A stretch of 32,000 nt of DNA from Candidatus Saccharimonadota bacterium (GTDB lineage: Bacteria; Patescibacteriota; Saccharimonadia; Saccharimonadales; Saccharimonadaceae): assembly GCA_001897305.1 (NCBI GenBank), contig MKSO01000001.1:868472-900471 (forward strand), written 5' to 3'. Positions 22,465 to 32,000 of this stretch are shown piece after piece. Below the pieces are notes generated by a model that made no database searches, was not told the origin of the DNA, and was given only the letters and a program-made list of their open reading frames with translations. Within the stretch, counting starts at the first letter, position 1, and the number at the start of each line of letters is the position of its first letter. The position numbers were made by a program, and so were the translations under genes.

Positions 22465-23613
22465 ATGCCTAGTCGTCGAGCGCCTAAGATAGCTATTATT
22501 CATGACTGGCTCACCAACATGGGTGGCGCCGAGCCGCTCGTATTAGAGATTCATAAGCTCTTCCCAAAAGCCCCTATGTATACGTCGGTATTTGACGCCG
22601 ACAAAATGACCGCCTTTAAAGACATCGACGTACGTACTACCAATCTGCAAACAAAGCTCCCCAAGAAGCTTCGCTTCAAACACATCCTTTGGCCTACCCT
22701 GCGCGCCAAAGCCTTTCGCCAACTCGACCTGTCGGAATTCGATATTATTATTTCCAGTTCAAGCGCAGAGGCAAAGGCTATTCGCAAAACCCGGCCTGGG
22801 CAAGTCCACATCGCCTATATCCACACCCCGCCTCGTTACTACTGGAGCCACTATGAAGAGTTTAAGAACGAATTTACCTTCGGCCCGTTCACCCCTTTTA
22901 TTCGTCCAGTCATTCCCTACTTTGTAAAAAAAATGCGCCAACTAGACCTCGAGTCTACTAAAGATATCGACGTCTTTATTGCCAACTCCACTGTTACCCA
23001 ACAGCGTATTAAAGAGTATTACAATAAGCCAAGTACTATTATTTACCCACCCGTAAACGTCGACCGATTTACCCCGCCGCCAAAAGGTGAACGCTCTGGG
23101 TACGTGGTATGGGGGAGGCACGTCCCCTACAAGCGTTTCGACCTTGCTATCAAAGCCGCCAACAAACTGGGTGCTCAGCTTACTATCGCCGGTACCGGCC
23201 CCGACACCGAGCGGCTCAAAAGCCTGGCTGGCCCAACCGTTACTTTTGTAGGGCGCATTAGTGACGAAGAACTCGTAAAACTAGCGCAATCGTCGAAAGC
23301 TTTTCTTTTCCCAAATGAAGAAGATTTTGGCATTTCAGCCGTGGAAGCATTAGCCGCCGGCACCCCCGTCATCGCCTATAAAAAAGGTGGCGCATTAGAC
23401 ATCGTACAAGACGGCGAAACAGGTGTCTTTTTTGAGAAACAAACTGTTGAGAGCCTCGTGGAAGCTATGCAAAAGTTTGAACAACAGACCACAGAAGACT
23501 CACGTGCTTTCCTTCCTGCTACACTTCACCGCAAGGCTAAGCGGTTCGACAGAGGTTTTTTTGCAACAAAAATGCAGAAAATTGTTAGTGACTATACCCC
23601 AAAAGACTTATAA
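22465..23613 (+). CDS. Glycosyltransferase family 4 (GT-B)
   Basis: 'EDFGISAVEALAAGTPVIA' EX7E-type motif; GGAG RBS. Confidence 0.8.
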   Translation: MPSRRAPKIAIIHDWLTNMGGAEPLVLEIHKLFPKAPMYTSVFDADKMTAFKDIDVRTTNLQTKLPKKLRFKHILWPTLRAKAFRQLDLSEFDIIISSSSAEAKAIRKTRPGQVHIAYIHTPPRYYWSHYEEFKNEFTFGPFTPFIRPVIPYFVKKMRQLDLESTKDIDVFIANSTVTQQRIKEYYNKPSTIIYPPVNVDRFTPPPKGERSGYVVWGRHVPYKRFDLAIKAANKLGAQLTIAGTGPDTERLKSLAGPTVTFVGRISDEELVKLAQSSKAFLFPNEEDFGISAVEALAAGTPVIAYKKGGALDIVQDGETGVFFEKQTVESLVEAMQKFEQQTTEDSRAFLPATLHRKAKRFDRGFFATKMQKIVSDYTPKDL

Positions 23614-25440
23614 CTATTCAACAGTGACACTCTTTGCTAAGTTACGAGGCTGATCCACGTCATTACCTCTTGCGACAGCAATATAGTAGGCGAGCAATTG
23701 CGACACCACATTAAAAACCATAGGTGTCAGAATCTCTAGTTTTGTTTTTATACGAACAACTTTTTCGGCACTTATTCGCTTGTCGGTGTTGGTAATAACT
23801 ACAGCATGGGCACCTCTAGCGTTCATTTCAATAAGGTTGCTTTGTGACTTCTCATACAGCCAATTATCTTGCAAGAAATATACTTCAAAGAAACGATCAT
23901 CAATCAAAGCTATTGGACCATGCTTAAGTTCGCCAGCCGCATACCCCTCGGCTTGAATATATCCGACTTCCTTGAGTTTTAGAGCACCCTCAAGCGCTAT
24001 AGGGAATTGGGTATCTCGACCAACATATAATGCATGTTCAAAGCGAGCATACTCCTTGGCTATCTTCTTAATTTCGGTTGATGTATTTTCTAAGACCGCT
24101 TCAATCTCGCCTGGTAACAGATATAGCTCTTTAACGTAGGTATTTAATGCTTTGACACTCGCTCCTTTGGCCTGCGCGACCATAAGACCAAACATAGTAA
24201 TAGCAGCGACTTGTGATGTAAAAGCTTTAGTACTTGCCACGCTAATTTCAGCACCAACATGCACGTAAACTCCACCATCAACCTCTCGCGCAATAGTACT
24301 CCCAACTGCATTAACAATGCCCAAGCATTTTACACCCCGGCGTTTCAGTTCTTGTAAACAAGCCAGCGTATCGGCGGTCTCTCCAGACTGGGAAACAATC
24401 AGCGCAACAGTATTATCGGGCACATGAAAAGATCTATACCGCAACTCGCTGGCTACTTCAGAACGAATAGTGATATCGTCTGTAAATTGTTCGATAAAGT
24501 ACCCCGCCATCATGCCTGCGTAATAGGCCGTGCCGCAGCCAACAATCATGATGTTACGAATATCTCGCAACTCATCGTCGCTCATGTTGACCCCACCAAG
24601 CTTTACACTGTTTGTTTTGACATTAATACGACCACTTAAAGTCGAGCGAAGACTGGCTGGTTGTTCGTATATTTCCTTAAGCAAAAAGTGATCAAAACCT
24701 TCTTTTTGAATGGCTTGTAAATCGAGTTCCAATTTCTCTACCTCAGCATCAACCACTTGCGCATCAAGATCATACAACTGAATACCCTCACGACTACACA
24801 CGCCAATTTCACTGTCGTGTAGGTAAATAACTCGGTCAGTATGACCAACCAGCGCCGAGGCATCACTTGCGATAAAAACCTCACCCTCAGCTATACCTAC
24901 AATGAGTGGGCTGCCTTTTCGGGCAATAATAATTTCGTTTGGGTCTTTAACACTAAAAAGTGCAATCCCATATGCCCCTACCACCATCTTCAGAGCACCC
25001 GTAACAGCCTCAAGGAGCGTGCTTGTATCTTTGTTGAGGTAATCAATTAATGCCGCAAGCACTTCGCTATCAGTATCACTCTTAAAAATATAGTCATGCT
25101 TGGCAAGCATGTGCTTTAGATCTTGATAATTCTCAATAATTCCATTGTGTACAAGATAGATATCCCCAACGTGATGTGGGTGTGCGTTACGCTTACTCGG
25201 CTCTCCATGGGTTGCCCAACGAGTGTGTCCAATACCTACGGTATCTTTGGTTTTATGTGTCTGCGCCCTGGCTTCTAGTTCGGTAACTTTACCCTTTGAC
25301 CGCAGGAGGGTAGTTTTTGCATTTTTATCCATAGTTGCAACACCCGCACTATCATAACCTCTATATTCCAGACGCTTTAAGCCACCAATTAAAATTTGCT
25401 GCGCTTCTTTATGTCCAATGTATCCGACAATTCCACACAT
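23614..25440 (-). CDS. glmS: Glutamine--fructose-6-phosphate aminotransferase (isomerizing)
   Basis: 608 aa with N-terminal 'MCGIVGYIG' (Ntn Cys), two SIS-domain regions and C-terminal '...NLAKSVTVE'. Confidence 0.95.
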   Translation of the reverse strand: MCGIVGYIGHKEAQQILIGGLKRLEYRGYDSAGVATMDKNAKTTLLRSKGKVTELEARAQTHKTKDTVGIGHTRWATHGEPSKRNAHPHHVGDIYLVHNGIIENYQDLKHMLAKHDYIFKSDTDSEVLAALIDYLNKDTSTLLEAVTGALKMVVGAYGIALFSVKDPNEIIIARKGSPLIVGIAEGEVFIASDASALVGHTDRVIYLHDSEIGVCSREGIQLYDLDAQVVDAEVEKLELDLQAIQKEGFDHFLLKEIYEQPASLRSTLSGRINVKTNSVKLGGVNMSDDELRDIRNIMIVGCGTAYYAGMMAGYFIEQFTDDITIRSEVASELRYRSFHVPDNTVALIVSQSGETADTLACLQELKRRGVKCLGIVNAVGSTIAREVDGGVYVHVGAEISVASTKAFTSQVAAITMFGLMVAQAKGASVKALNTYVKELYLLPGEIEAVLENTSTEIKKIAKEYARFEHALYVGRDTQFPIALEGALKLKEVGYIQAEGYAAGELKHGPIALIDDRFFEVYFLQDNWLYEKSQSNLIEMNARGAHAVVITNTDKRISAEKVVRIKTKLEILTPMVFNVVSQLLAYYIAVARGNDVDQPRNLAKSVTVE

Positions 25441-25548
25441 GGGTAGTACCTTTCTTGAGCCCTATCAGACAAGCCCAATACATTCTATTAAAACGTAATC
25501 GATATAGAAAATCCATAAAAATATTATAATTTCTTATAAAATCAAAAA

Positions 25549-26778
25549 TTACAACGACTTATCTTTTTTGTTCAAAGAGGTATTTTTTGAAGCAACCGCT
25601 TCACCAAAGAGCCAATTAGCAAACAAACCAGAGACACGTATCGATGGCGTATCGACATACCGCTCAAATATATACACCGCTGGAACAAGTACAATGCAAG
25701 CGGCAAGTAGCGCAAGCGCTACAGCCAGGCCATAGTACATATGTGAGTGTAGTAGCAAGAATACCCCAGCGGCAACAGTAAAAAGTACCGCCATATGAAC
25801 AAGGTAGATTGAAAAACTATATTTACCCAATATATATATTCTCTTACTAGCAAAGAAGCTTGATACTCTTCTAAGTGAAATAACTGCAATAAGCACTGCC
25901 GTAGCACCCAGTGACAGATACATTATTTGATTTGCGCCAACACTAAGCCACGGTATTTGCAAGGCTGCGTAGATACTTCCTTCTGGAATACTGTAAGGAT
26001 ACCCGCCAAGGAAAAGACCGATTAGTAAAATAAGCACGAGCCAACCTTGAGCCTTGGTTTCAACGAAAGGAAACTTCTTATGGCTATATAGGTCGGCAAG
26101 TATCATACCGGTGACAAACGCAAGGTACCAGGTTTGAAAAGTAGCAAATATAAGCAGGCTATATATAGCCCAACGATTTTTAGCCTTTCCAAACAATAAA
26201 ATGACCGCAAACACCAATAAAGAACCTAGTAGTTCGTAGCGCATTGTCCATAGTACAGGGTTATAAGCCTCTGCACCGAGCGTACCAAAGAAAATATTCC
26301 ACAGCCCCTCACTAAAAACCTGTTCAATCGAAACAGTTTGCGGCCAAAGGTGCGCCAACCACAACGACCCGGTAATTGTGGCTGTATCATTCTTTAACCA
26401 GGATAAACCAAACCCAACGACCAAAAAAGTTATTACAATGGATGAAAAGGCCGGAAGCATAAGACGTAAATACCTTTTCCCAGCTATACGCATAACCAAC
26501 CCGTCACCCTTACCATTAAAGTAGCCTGTAGACAACACGAAGCCGCTTAGTACAAAGAAGATAGCAACCGCAAATGCACCAGATGTAAATACACTCAAAG
26601 GGTTACCGTACATAACGTCCTCTATGCGGGAGTGGTGCAATGCGGACATACCAAGAGTTGTTCCATACACCAATGAAGGATAGAACATACTAAGACCATG
26701 GAAAAGAACGACTATAATTGCCGCAACTCCTCTTAAGCCCTCGAGAGCTTGTAACCTCTCACCTTCTTGCACACTCAT
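25549..26778 (-). CDS. Acyltransferase family 3 membrane protein (O-acyltransferase)
   Basis: 409 aa with about 10 TM helices and N-terminal 'LEGLRGVAAIIVVLFH', typical of Acyl_transf_3. Confidence 0.75.
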   Translation of the reverse strand: MSVQEGERLQALEGLRGVAAIIVVLFHGLSMFYPSLVYGTTLGMSALHHSRIEDVMYGNPLSVFTSGAFAVAIFFVLSGFVLSTGYFNGKGDGLVMRIAGKRYLRLMLPAFSSIVITFLVVGFGLSWLKNDTATITGSLWLAHLWPQTVSIEQVFSEGLWNIFFGTLGAEAYNPVLWTMRYELLGSLLVFAVILLFGKAKNRWAIYSLLIFATFQTWYLAFVTGMILADLYSHKKFPFVETKAQGWLVLILLIGLFLGGYPYSIPEGSIYAALQIPWLSVGANQIMYLSLGATAVLIAVISLRRVSSFFASKRIYILGKYSFSIYLVHMAVLFTVAAGVFLLLHSHMYYGLAVALALLAACIVLVPAVYIFERYVDTPSIRVSGLFANWLFGEAVASKNTSLNKKDKSL

Positions 26779-26819
26779 GCAAGAATTATTCTACAGTAGA
26801 CGCCGCTTAAGACAAAGGT

Positions 26820-27575
26820 CTACCTGATGACCGCTAGAATCGTTTCAAGTCGATGAACAGTATCTTCCCATTTGTCGACATCTAGACAGTCAATACCAAA
26901 AGCCTTAACAGGATAGTCATTGCCACCTTCTTGAAGACGGTCTCCAAAAAAGAGAATATCATCTTTACTAATATCAATTGCATCAATTAATTTTTGCATG
27001 CCATATGCTTTATCAATACCCTCTCTGGTAACATCAATTGAAGTTGAGCCACCAGCGCGCACCTCTAAGCCAGGCAGCGACCGTGAAGCAAGGTCACGCA
27101 AAGCAGCCTTTTTGGTCCCCTCTGGGTCCCAGGCATACTTATCTTCCGGTGTTGCTTTTTGTCCTAAAGCCGAGAAAGTAATTTGACTACCACGATCTTC
27201 AATAATATCACCAGCCGGGTGTGCCTCCCATAGACCTAACTCTTTTGCAGATACTTCGAGTACATCAATAACTTGCTGTTTCTGTTCATCCGTAAGATCC
27301 TCCGCATACTGCAGCTGCCATTCATCGTCGAGTTCATCATAGCGATAGTACCTGGTTCCACAAGTAGGCATTAGGTGGAGTCGATTCAACTTGTGAGGCT
27401 CAATGTGCAAACGATCAACAACTTGAGTTTTGAATTGTTCAAACTTTCCACCAGAAATAATACAAACTTCAAAATGCTCTAGTATGTTACCAAGTGTTTC
27501 AGCCATTTGGTCACTAATAGGAGATTTAGTAATAGCTAACGTGTCATCAAGATCAAAGGCAAGAACTTTTTTCAT
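26820..27575 (-). CDS. HAD-IIB hydrolase, eukaryotic-type phosphomannomutase-like
   Basis: 'LAFDLDDTL' (HAD motif I), 'ISGGKFEQF', 'SIDVTREGIDKAYG', 'FGDRLQEGGNDYP'. Sits adjacent to the mannose-1-P guanylyltransferase gene. Confidence 0.6.
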   Translation of the reverse strand: MKKVLAFDLDDTLAITKSPISDQMAETLGNILEHFEVCIISGGKFEQFKTQVVDRLHIEPHKLNRLHLMPTCGTRYYRYDELDDEWQLQYAEDLTDEQKQQVIDVLEVSAKELGLWEAHPAGDIIEDRGSQITFSALGQKATPEDKYAWDPEGTKKAALRDLASRSLPGLEVRAGGSTSIDVTREGIDKAYGMQKLIDAIDISKDDILFFGDRLQEGGNDYPVKAFGIDCLDVDKWEDTVHRLETILAVIR

Positions 27576-27578
27576 TTT

Positions 27579-28628
27579 TTACTCTCCTTTGTCAGCTTTA
27601 ATTTGCGCCACAGCATCTTTTACTTTTTGGCTTAAGTCCTTACGAGCTACAAGTATGCCGTTTGGTGTATTGATAACAACAATATTGTCGAGTCCAATTG
27701 TTACAACAGGTTTTTCTTCATCGTTTTGAACATAAATATTTTCACTATCAATAGTGTAAATAGCTTTTCCTTTTGTGAAATTGCCGTTCTCGTCAGAACT
27801 ATTAGCTTCGTGAAGATCTTTAAACGAACCTATATCCATCCAGTCAAAACTTGCCGGCACGACGGCTAGGTTTTGCGAGCGCTCAGCTAAGGAATAGTCA
27901 ATAACAAGTTCAGGGAAAGACAGATAGGTTTGATTGTATTCTTCGGATAAGGGAGCGTGGATGGCAGCTAGTCGGTCGTAACTCTCTTGAAGGTCAGTTG
28001 CAACCGCACGGATTTCCGACAGGAAGGTGTCGACCGACCCTACAAAGTACCCGCAATTCCAGAGATAATTACCAGCCTGAAGATACTCTTGCGCAGTAGT
28101 AAAGTCAGGCTTTTCTTTAAACGACTCTATACTGTACGCACCAGTACCTTGCAACTCACCATCACGTTCGATATACCCAAAGCCCGTGGCCGGGAAGGTT
28201 GGTTCGATACCAATAAGAGTTACCTTATGTGTTTCGGATGAAGCCTTAGCGGCAGTCTGGAGTGATTTTACATACCCTTCAACATCGCGAATATTGTGAT
28301 CCGAGTGTACAAATGCAACCGGCTCATTATGGCTATGATTACGGGAAATAATATCGAGAGCGAAAACAATACAGTTACCCGTGCCACGACGACCAGGCTC
28401 AATTAAGAAATGGTCCTCGGCTAATTCAGGGAGTTGGTCTTTTACATGATGAGCATGGCTTGCTTCGGTAACCACATATACCGTTTCACCTACGCGAACA
28501 GCGCGGTCATAGGCGGATTGCAGCAAACTTCGTTCACCAGTTAATTTTAATAGATGCTTCGGGTAGTCACTCGTTGAGAGGGGCCACAGGCGGGTGCCAG
28601 AGCCACCGGCAATTATTACAGTAATCAT
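27579..28628 (-). CDS. Mannose-1-phosphate guanylyltransferase (NTP-transferase domain)
   Basis: 'VIIAGGSGTRLWPLS' nucleotidyltransferase signature; 349 aa. Confidence 0.8.
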   Translation of the reverse strand: MITVIIAGGSGTRLWPLSTSDYPKHLLKLTGERSLLQSAYDRAVRVGETVYVVTEASHAHHVKDQLPELAEDHFLIEPGRRGTGNCIVFALDIISRNHSHNEPVAFVHSDHNIRDVEGYVKSLQTAAKASSETHKVTLIGIEPTFPATGFGYIERDGELQGTGAYSIESFKEKPDFTTAQEYLQAGNYLWNCGYFVGSVDTFLSEIRAVATDLQESYDRLAAIHAPLSEEYNQTYLSFPELVIDYSLAERSQNLAVVPASFDWMDIGSFKDLHEANSSDENGNFTKGKAIYTIDSENIYVQNDEEKPVVTIGLDNIVVINTPNGILVARKDLSQKVKDAVAQIKADKGE

Positions 28629-28714
28629 AAAACCATTATAGCATTACAATTACCTGTTTAAAGTTAGGCAAAATACCTTTATACTACAAGGGATATAATA
28701 GTTTGGAGAGTCCT

Positions 28715-29698
28715 ATGTTAATTTCAGTTGTCGTCCCGCTTTACAACGAGTCGGAAGGAATTGAAACATTTCACAGCAAACATCTAGCGCCCGCCTTAAA
28801 AAAACAAACCGGGTTATCTTTTGAAGTTATATACGTCAACGACGGAAGTAGCGATGATACTCTTAGTAAAGTCCATAAAATTGCTAAAGAAGACTTGTCT
28901 GTTCGCGTTATTAACCTATCAAGAAACTTTGGCAAAGAAATCGCAACCACTGCTGGCATTTTTCATGCTAATGGAGATGCACTTGTAATCATGGACGGAG
29001 ACGGGCAGCACCCGCCTGAAAAAATAGGTGAATTTATCGCTCATTGGCAAAAGGGTGCTCAAGTTGTGGTCGGAATACGCTCGAGCAACGAAAAAGAGGG
29101 TGTTGTAAAGAAGTACGGCTCAAAACTCTTTTACAAACTATTTAATGCAACAGCCGGCCATGAAATTATACCAAGATCAACCGACTACCGTTTGATCGAC
29201 AAAGTTGTCCAGCAAGAGTTTATAAGTTTTGACGAACGCAACCGTATAACCCGTGGGCTTATAGACTGGCTTGGATTCGATAAAGAATATGTTGTTTTCC
29301 AATCCCCCGAGCGTATTGCCGGCTCAGCATCATACTCGATCAACCAGTTATTCAAATTAGCTTTTAATAGTTTCGTCTCTTTGTCTCTTCGTCCCCTGTT
29401 TTTGGTTGGGTGGGCCGGCGCTTTCATTACCCTTGCATCACTCATTTTAGGTATAAGTGTCTTTATAGAACAATTTATCTTAGGTGATCCTTTAAAACTA
29501 AACATTACTGGCTCTGCCCTGCTGGGGATATTTATTTCATTTCTTGTTGGTATCGTTCTTGTGTCACAAGGTATCATTGCTGTTTATCTTTCGCACGTAC
29601 ATGGTCAAACCCAGGCTCGACCTTTATTCGTCATAAATCCAAAAGGATCAATTAAGGTTAATGAAGAACGCAAAAAGGCTACTAAGAAACGCTCGTAA
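28715..29698 (+). CDS. GT2 polyprenyl-phosphate glycosyltransferase (GtrB/ArnC/DPM1-like)
   Basis: 'ISVVVPLYNESEGI', 'VNDGSSDDT', 'MDGDGQHPP' and two C-terminal TM helices. ATG 28715 behind GGAGAG is preferred over the track TTG at 28703. Confidence 0.8.
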   Translation: MLISVVVPLYNESEGIETFHSKHLAPALKKQTGLSFEVIYVNDGSSDDTLSKVHKIAKEDLSVRVINLSRNFGKEIATTAGIFHANGDALVIMDGDGQHPPEKIGEFIAHWQKGAQVVVGIRSSNEKEGVVKKYGSKLFYKLFNATAGHEIIPRSTDYRLIDKVVQQEFISFDERNRITRGLIDWLGFDKEYVVFQSPERIAGSASYSINQLFKLAFNSFVSLSLRPLFLVGWAGAFITLASLILGISVFIEQFILGDPLKLNITGSALLGIFISFLVGIVLVSQGIIAVYLSHVHGQTQARPLFVINPKGSIKVNEERKKATKKRS

Positions 29699-30068
29699 CT
29701 CACAGTTCATCCGCTACATTTTTGTTGGCGGTACGTCATACATCCTTGAAATTGGGTTACTGGCATATTTAGAATATGGGCTATACATCCCTACTGTTGT
29801 GTCGGTCAGTATTAGTTTCTGGTTTGGGTTCCTGGTTGCTTTTGTGTTACAAAAAATAGTTACGTTTGAAGACCGTCAGCGCTCTGTAAAGAAAATAGCA
29901 TGGCAAAGCATAAGTTACGCACTTCTTGTTGCTTTCAATTTCATATTTACTCTGGTATTTGTTCAGCTATGTAGTCCAGTTGCAGGAGTGCTCATTGCTC
30001 GAACCATCGCCCTTGTGATTACAACAATATGGAATTATGTGGTTTATTCTAAGGTGATTTTCAAGTAG
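29661..30068 (+). CDS. GtrA family membrane protein
   Basis: 135 aa, 4 TM helices, 'FIRYIFVGGTSYILEIGLL'. Overlaps the GT2 gene by 38 nt. Confidence 0.75.
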   Translation: MKNAKRLLRNARNSQFIRYIFVGGTSYILEIGLLAYLEYGLYIPTVVSVSISFWFGFLVAFVLQKIVTFEDRQRSVKKIAWQSISYALLVAFNFIFTLVFVQLCSPVAGVLIARTIALVITTIWNYVVYSKVIFK

Positions 30069-30150
30069 GGTCATATATTAGGAAATATGACAATTTCCTG
30101 CTATTTTTATAGTATAATAGTGTACATAAGCATAAGCTGGTTACACAAAA

Positions 30151-30681
30151 ATGAAAACGAACAACAACCCTTCTCGCAAGAGCTCAAAAAAAATACTCAT
30201 TATCGTTACGGCGATCATTATTCTTCTGGGTGCTGGCACGGCTGTATATGCCTATGTGTCTAATAATCAAGAAACCCGATCCCAAACCGAGTCTAAACCC
30301 CAAGTAAATCTTGATACTAACACAAGCACAGCTACAAATGTAGACACAAAGCCAGACACCAATGATTCGCAACCATCCGACACTACAACACCGAAGGACC
30401 AACTGCCAGCTTCGATTACATCTTCCGGTGTTTCAGATGGATCAGTGCAGGTACGAGTGCTCATCGGAGAAGTAGTCGGCACAGGAGACTGTACATTTAC
30501 TGCCACACAAGGCCAAAAACAGGTTGTAAAGACCGCCAAAATCCAGCCCCTTGCAAGTAGCTCAACATGTCAAGGATTCACTATACCAACAACTGAATTT
30601 ACAAGCGGCGACTGGTCGTTTACTATTGATATTTCAACCGACGCCAAAGCGGCTCACTTAACAGGAACTTTCAGGGTATAG
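30151..30681 (+). CDS. Membrane-anchored/secreted hypothetical protein with T/S/P/D-rich linker
   Basis: N-terminal TM helix ('ILIIVTAIIILLGAGTAVYAY'), a low-complexity linker, and a C-terminal ~90-aa domain with two Cys. Confidence 0.6.
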   Translation: MKTNNNPSRKSSKKILIIVTAIIILLGAGTAVYAYVSNNQETRSQTESKPQVNLDTNTSTATNVDTKPDTNDSQPSDTTTPKDQLPASITSSGVSDGSVQVRVLIGEVVGTGDCTFTATQGQKQVVKTAKIQPLASSSTCQGFTIPTTEFTSGDWSFTIDISTDAKAAHLTGTFRV

Positions 30682-30686
30682 GTACC

Positions 30687-32000
30687 ATGGGAACACTCAA
30701 GTTACGGAGAAATAAGAGAATCATCTTCTTGATTGCTCTAGTTTTTTCTATAAGCTCTATTGCTTCAGGTTTTTCATTATACCTTAGCCATAAAGTCGAT
30801 GCAGCAGAAGCTTCCTGGAATCCAGGGCGCATTATTGACGATGCCGTCTTTACTGACTACAACTCTATGACAGCAGATCAAATTCAGCTCTTTCTTAAAA
30901 GCAAAGTACCTAAGTGTGATAACTGGGCAACAGGTGGTAGCACCACAACAGCAAGGCGTGACTATGTCAGAAGCAAGGGCTTTGATGTACCCCTTACTTG
31001 TATAGCCGACTTTAATGAGAATGGTAAGAGCGCGGCACAAATTATTTATGACACTGCTCAGGAATTTAAGATTAGCCCAAAGGTACTCCTTGTTCTTATC
31101 CAAAAAGAACAAGGTCTCATAACCGATGACTGGCCATTACCAACACAGTACAGAAGTGCCACTGGCTACGGCTGTCCCGACAGTACCCCTGGGGTATGCG
31201 ATGGCCAGTACTACGGATTTACCAACCAAGTAAGGTGGGCCTCTAAAATGTTTAGGGCAATTATGAATAATTCCCCTACTTGGTACACGCCATACATTTT
31301 AGGCTCTAATGTTATACAATATAACCCTTCAAGTAGCTGTGGAAGTTCAACGGTTATTATAGAGAACCGGGCCACACAAGCACTTTACAACTACACCCCC
31401 TACCAACCCAATGATGCAGCCCTAGCTGCACAAATGGGAACGACGGTTAATTGTGGTGCTTATGGAAACTTAAATTTTTATCGTTACTTTACAAACTGGT
31501 TTGGCAATCCACTTGATACATCCGAGGATAAGTTTGAGGGTGTTTCTTCACGAACAGAAACTATAAGTTACGGCACAAGCACCTATAGCTTCTACTACGA
31601 TAAAATTAACCGAAACATTTCATATGTCAAAATGGACGCGAATGGTACATCTAGCGACATAATGCTCGACGGAAGTAGCTCGAGTGGCGGAAGGATTATG
31701 GCTGACGTTGGTGAGGGCCTGACAGCATTAGAGTATGGAGGATCGCTTCAAGTATTCTACTACGATCGTACAAACGGTGATTTGCGTCACGCTTGGATGA
31801 CCAATGGTAGTTGGCAATTTGAGACACTCGACGGAGGCGGTTCGGGTTCAATATCAAAATATAGTGGATCGGCAGGTATGAATCCGTCAGCGGTTGTGTA
31901 TCAAGATTCTCTCCAGCTCTACTACTACGACAAGTCTAACGGCAACTTACGTCATGCTTGGGCTAATGCAACTGGTTGGCACTTCGAGAATCTAGACGGC
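30687..32000 (+). CDS. Secreted protein: conserved N-terminal domain + beta-propeller-like 'YYD..NG.LRHAW..W.FE.LDG' repeats (3' end runs off the window)
   Basis: Missing from the ORF track because no stop is reached. ATG 30687 opens 438 sense codons to the window end. Signal/TM 'IIFLIALVFSISSIASG'. At least three ~50-aa repeats at the C-terminal end. Confidence 0.75.
   Translation, partial: MGTLKLRRNKRIIFLIALVFSISSIASGFSLYLSHKVDAAEASWNPGRIIDDAVFTDYNSMTADQIQLFLKSKVPKCDNWATGGSTTTARRDYVRSKGFDVPLTCIADFNENGKSAAQIIYDTAQEFKISPKVLLVLIQKEQGLITDDWPLPTQYRSATGYGCPDSTPGVCDGQYYGFTNQVRWASKMFRAIMNNSPTWYTPYILGSNVIQYNPSSSCGSSTVIIENRATQALYNYTPYQPNDAALAAQMGTTVNCGAYGNLNFYRYFTNWFGNPLDTSEDKFEGVSSRTETISYGTSTYSFYYDKINRNISYVKMDANGTSSDIMLDGSSSSGGRIMADVGEGLTALEYGGSLQVFYYDRTNGDLRHAWMTNGSWQFETLDGGGSGSISKYSGSAGMNPSAVVYQDSLQLYYYDKSNGNLRHAWANATGWHFENLDG

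Noticed and set aside
25441-25548. glmS ribozyme in the glmS 5' leader
   Set aside because: Only 108 AT-rich nt separate glmS from the upstream gene. I could not find the conserved GC-rich core helices of the ribozyme. A covariance-model scan (Rfam RF00234) would be decisive.
30777-31112. 111-aa minus-strand ORF
   Set aside because: It is antisense to the long open plus-strand frame 30687-32000, which has a signal peptide and conserved repeats. The minus-strand product is Cys-rich and looks non-protein-like.

Overview
This 32-kb window comes from a compact bacterial chromosome with Gram-positive-type markers: a CIRCE operator, a sortase remnant and a YhgE/Pip protein. The gene style recalls small-genome CPR/Saccharibacteria-like organisms, but that is only an impression. 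There are three zones. (i) 1-2500 holds housekeeping genes: a YhgE/Pip membrane protein, DUF488 and an Mpg-type 3-methyladenine glycosylase. (ii) ~2550-18840 is an accessory zone on the 3' side of a minus-strand tRNA-Asn(GTT). It opens with mostly single-gene minus-strand 'cassettes': a hypothetical gene coupled to a ClpB C-terminal fragment, a CIRCE-controlled Hsp20, a P-loop kinase-like protein, a Zn-ribbon protein and an EEP nuclease/phosphatase. Five copies of a hairpin plus tRNA-3'-end-like junction repeat separate them. A ~12-kb island follows (6631-18763). It carries an excisionase-like HTH protein and a tightly coupled methyltransferase-like / methyltransferase / T5orf172-SF2 helicase / HEPN-like operon that fits no classical Type I/II/III R-M layout. 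It also carries a ParB-domain DNA methyltransferase, a TerS-like HTH protein, a NucS-like PD-(D/E)XK protein, a large serine recombinase and an Rx4H HEPN protein. (iii) 18900-32000 holds a sortase remnant, a LexA-DBD-only regulator, a surface-glycan cluster and two secreted proteins. The cluster comprises an O-antigen-ligase-like gene, a priming sugar transferase, GT4, glmS, acyltransferase-3, a PMM-like HAD, mannose-1-P guanylyltransferase and a GtrB/GtrA-like pair. I saw no CRISPR array, rRNA or transposase. All functional calls rest on motif reading of the translated ORFs; no database search was possible.
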